Shown one piece after another: positions 16,393 to 20,220 of a DNA stretch of 20,220 nt. The position numbers and the translations under genes were made by a program. The stretch spans positions 1 to 20,220 of the forward strand of contig CAXHJY010001369.1 in assembly GCA_964016885.1 (NCBI GenBank). Reading direction: 5' to 3'. Numbering within the stretch: position 1 is the stretch's first letter; every line of letters begins with the position of its first letter. Origin of the DNA: Eledone cirrhosa. Its lineage: Eukaryota. The notes under the pieces are model-generated. The model searched no databases, was not told the origin of the DNA, and saw nothing but the letters and a program-made list of their open reading frames with translations.

Positions 16393-19300
16393 CCCTATGG
16401 CTGGAGGCTGGTCTACCAGTTTGTAGCAGCTTTCCCCCGCCCTACGGCTGGAGGTTGGTCTACCAGTTTGTAGCAGCTTTCCCCAGCCCTACGGCTGGAG
16501 GTTGGTCTACCAGTTTGTAGCAGCTTTCCCCAGCCCTAAGGCTGGAGGTTGGTCTACCAGTTTGTAGCAGCTTTCCTCCGCCCTACGGCTGGAGGTTGGT
16601 CTACCAGTTTGTAGCAGCTTTCCTCCGCCCTACGGCTGGAGGTTGGTCTACCAGTTTGTAGCAGCTTTCCTCCGCCCTACGGCTGGAGGTTGGTCTACCA
16701 GTTTGAAGCAGCTTTCCCAGCCCTACGGCTGGAGGTTGGTCTACCAGTTTGTAGCAGCTTTCCGCCGCCCTACGGCTGGAGTTGGTCTACCAGTTTGTAG
16801 CAGCTTTCCCCAGCCCTACGGCTGGAGGTTGGTCTACCAGTTTGTAGCAGCTTTCCTCCGCCCTACGGCTGGAGGTTGGTCTACCAGTTTGTAGCAGCTT
16901 TCCTCCGCCCTACGGCTGGAGGTTGGTCTACCAGTTTGTAGCAGCTTTCCCCAGCCCTACGGCTGGAGGTTGGTCTACCAGTTTGTAGCAGCTTTCCTCC
17001 GCCCTACGGCTGGAGGTTGGTCTACCAGTTTGTAGCAGCTTTCCCCAGCCCTACGGCTGGAGGTTGGTCTACCAGTTTGTAGCAGCTTTCCTCCGCCCTA
17101 CGGCTGGAGGTTGGTCTACCAGTTTGTAGCAGCTTTCCCCAGCCCTACGGCTGGAGGTTGGTCTACCAGTTTGTAGCAGCTTTCCTCCGCGCCCTACGGC
17201 TGGAGTTGGTCTACCAGTTTGTAGCAGCTTTCCCCAGCCCTACGGCTGGAGGTTGGTCTACCAGTATGTAGCACCTTTCCTCCGCCCTACGGCTGGAGTT
17301 GGTCTACCAGTTTGTAGCAGCTTTCCTTCGCCCTACGGCTGGAGGTTGGTCTACCAGTTTGTAGCAGCTTTCCCCAGCCCTACGGCTGGAGGTTGGTCTA
17401 CCAGTTTGTAGCAGCTTTCCTCCGCCCTACGGCTGGAGGTTGGTCTACCAGTTTGTAGCAGCTTTCCTCCGCCCTACGGCTGGGGTTGGTCTTCCAGTTT
17501 GTAGCAGCTTTCCCCAGCCCTACGGCTGGAGGTTGGTCTACCAGTTTGTAGCAGCTTTCCTCCGCCCTACGGCTGGAGGTTGGTCTACCAGTTTGTAGCA
17601 GCTTTCCCCAGCCCTACGGCTGGAGGTTGATCTACCAGTTTGTAGCAGCTTTCCTCCGCCCTACGGCTGGAGGTTGGTCTACCAGTTTGTAGCAGCCTTT
17701 CCTCCGCCCTACGGCTGGAGTTGGTCTTCCAGTTTGTAGCAGCTTTCCCCAGCCCTACGGCTGGAGGTTGGTCTACCAGTTTGTAGCAGCTTTCCTCCGC
17801 CCTACGGCTGGAGGTTGGTCTTCCAGTTTGTAGCAGCTTTCCCCAGCCCTACGGCTGGAGTTGGTCTACCAGTTTGTAGCAGCTTTCCCCAGCCCTACGG
17901 CTGGAGGTTGGTCTACCAGTTTGTAGCAGCTTTCCTCCACCCTACGGCTGGAGTTGGTCTACCAGTTTGTAGCAGCTTTCCCCAGCCCTACGGCTGGAGG
18001 TTGGTCTACCAGTTTGTAGCAGCTTTCCTCCGCCATACGGCTGGAGGTTGGTCTACCAGTTTGTAGCAGTTTCCCCCTCCCTACGGCTGGAGGTTGGTCT
18101 ACCAGTTTGTAGCAGCTTTCCCCAGCCCTACGGCTGGAGGTTGGTCTACCAGTTTGTAGCAGCTTTCCCCGCCCTATGGCTGGAGGTTGGTCTACCAGTT
18201 TGTAGCAGCTTTCCTCCGCCCTATGGCTGGAGGTTGGTCTACCAGTTTGTAGAGCTTACCCTCGCCCTACGGCTGGAGGTTGGTCTACCAATTTGTAGCA
18301 GCTTTCCCCCGCCCTACGGCTGGAGGTTGTTCTACCAGTTTGTAGAGCTTACCCTCGCCCTACGGCTGGAGGTTGGTCTACCAGTTTGTAGCAGCTTTCC
18401 TCCGCCCTACGGCTGGAGTTGGTCTACCAGTTTGTAGCAGCTTTCCCCAGCCCTACGGCTGGAGGTTGGTCTACCAGTTTGTAGCAGCTTTCCCCAGCCC
18501 TACGGCTGGAGGTTGGTCTACCAGTTTGTAGCAGCTTTCCTCCGCCCTACGGCTGGAGTTGGTCTACCAGTTTGTAGCAGCTTTCCCCAGCCCTACGGCT
18601 GGAGGTTGGTCTACCAGTTTGTAGCAGCTTTCCTCCGCCCTACGGCTGGAGGTTGGTCTACCAGTTTGTAGCAGCTTTCCTCCGCCCTACGGCTGGAGGT
18701 TGGTCTACCAGTTTGTAGCAGCTTTCCCCAGCCCTACGGCTGGAGGTTGGTCTACCAGTTTGTAGCAGCTTTCCTCCGCCCTACGGCTGGAGGTTGGTCT
18801 ACCAGTTTGTAGCAGCTTTCCCCAGCCCTACGGCTGGAGGTTGGTCTACCAGTTTGTAGCAGCTTTCCTCCGCCCTACGGCTGGAGGTTGGTCTACCAGT
18901 TTGTAGCAGCTTTCCCCAGCCCTACGGCTGGAGGTTGGTCTACCAGTTTGTAGCAGCTTTCCTCCGCCCTACGGCTGGAGTTGGTCTACCAGTTTGTAGC
19001 AGCTTTCCCCAGCCCTACGGCTGGAGGTTGGTCTACCAGTTTGTAGCACCTTTCCTCCGCCCTACGGCTTGAGTTGGTCTACCAGTTTGTAGCAGCTTTC
19101 CTCCGCCCTACGGCTGGAGGTTGGTCTACCAGTTTGTAGCAGCTTTCCTCCGCCCTACGGCTGGAGGTTGGTCTACCAGTTTGTAGCAGCTTTCCCCAGC
19201 CCTACGGCTGGAGGTTGGTCTACCAGTTTGTAGCAGCTTTCCCCAGCCCTACGGCTGGAGGTTGGTCTACCAGTTTGTAGCAGCTTTCCTCCGCCCTACG

Positions 19301-20220
19301 GCTGGAGTTGGTCTACCAGTTTGTAGCAGCTTTCCTCCGCCCTACGGCTGGAGGTTGGTCTACCAGTTTGTAGCAGCTTTCCTCCGCCCTACGGCTGGAG
19401 GTTGGTCTACCAGTTTGTAGCAGCTTTCCCCAGCCCTACGGCTGGAGGTTGGTCTACCAGTTTGTAGCAGCTTTCCCCAGCCCTACGGCTGGAGGTTGGT
19501 CTACCAGTTTGTAGCAGCTTTCCTCCGCCCTACGGCTGGAGGTTGGTCTACCAGTTTGTAGCAGCTTTCCTCCGCCCTACGGCTGGAGGTTGGTCTACCA
19601 GTTTGTAGCAGCTTTCCCCAGCCCTACGGCTGGAGGTTGGTCTACCAGTTTGTAGCAGCTTTCCTCCGCCCTACGGCTGGAGGTTGGTCTACCAGTTTGT
19701 AGCAGCTTTCCTCCGCCCTACGGCTGGGGTTGGTCTTCCAGTTTGTAGCAGCTTTCCCCAGCCCTACGGCTGGAGGTTGGTCTACCAGTTTGTAGCAGCT
19801 TTCCTCCGCCCTACGGCTGGAGGTTGGTCTACCAGTTTGTAGCAGCTTTCCCAGCCCTACGGCTGGAGGTTGGTCTACCAGTTTGTAGCAGCTTTCCTCC
19901 GCCCTACGGCTGGAGGTTGGTCTACCAGTTTGTAGCAGCTTTCCTCCGCCCTACGGCTGGAGGTTGGTCTACCAGTTTGTAGCAGCTTTCCTCCGCCCTA
20001 CGGCTGGAGTTGGTCTTCCAGTTTGTAGCAGCTTTCCCCAGCCCTACGGCTGGAGTTGGTCTACCAGTTTGTAGCAGCTTTCCCCAGCCCTACGGCTGGA
20101 GGTTGGTCTACCAGTTTGTAGCAGCTTTCCTCCGCCCTACGGCTGGAGTTGGTCTACCAGTTTGTAGCAGCTTTCCCCAGCCCTACGGCTGGAGGTTGGT
20201 CTACCAGTTTGTAGCAGCTT
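16393..20220. repeat. 47-bp minisatellite, about 81 copies, runs off the window end (CCCTACGGCTGGAGGTTGGTCTACCAGTTTGTAGCAGCTT + TCCTCCG or TCCCCAG)
   Basis: Unit starts at 16440, 16487, 16534 and 16581. Two main variants plus 1-bp deletion variants. Confidence 0.98.

Noticed and set aside
16393-20220. CRISPR array, coding repeat, or Chi-site array (GCTGGAGG)
   Set aside because: No spacers. 47 is not a multiple of 3 and the frames hit stops. The 7/8 Chi match has no meaning outside bacterial RecBCD systems.

Overview
Eukaryotic, gene-free, repeat-dominated window. The SINE sequences resemble octopus tRNA-derived SINEs, so a cephalopod genome is likely; this is recognition from memory, not a search result. 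Bases 1-11250 are mostly degenerate (TA)n microsatellite (TACA/TATG-interrupted) holding four islands of complex sequence: a ~900-bp palindrome whose two arms each carry a minimal type I hammerhead ribozyme (Penelope-like pseudo-LTRs), a 3' stub of a LINE, an unclassified 118-bp hairpin-rich island, and a 5' leader of an RTE-like LINE. Bases 11250-12320 hold two more Penelope-like pseudo-LTR regions, one with a degenerate and one with an intact hammerhead. Then come a 37-bp palindromic satellite, tRNA-derived SINEs (one with a 13-bp TSD, one amplified in tandem), a frameshifted Penelope GIY-YIG endonuclease fragment, and a 47-bp minisatellite running off the end. No host protein-coding gene is supported; the long ORFs are stop-free readings of simple repeats. 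The most notable signal is the set of hammerhead motifs from three unrelated sequence families, two of which sit inside fold-back inverted repeats.
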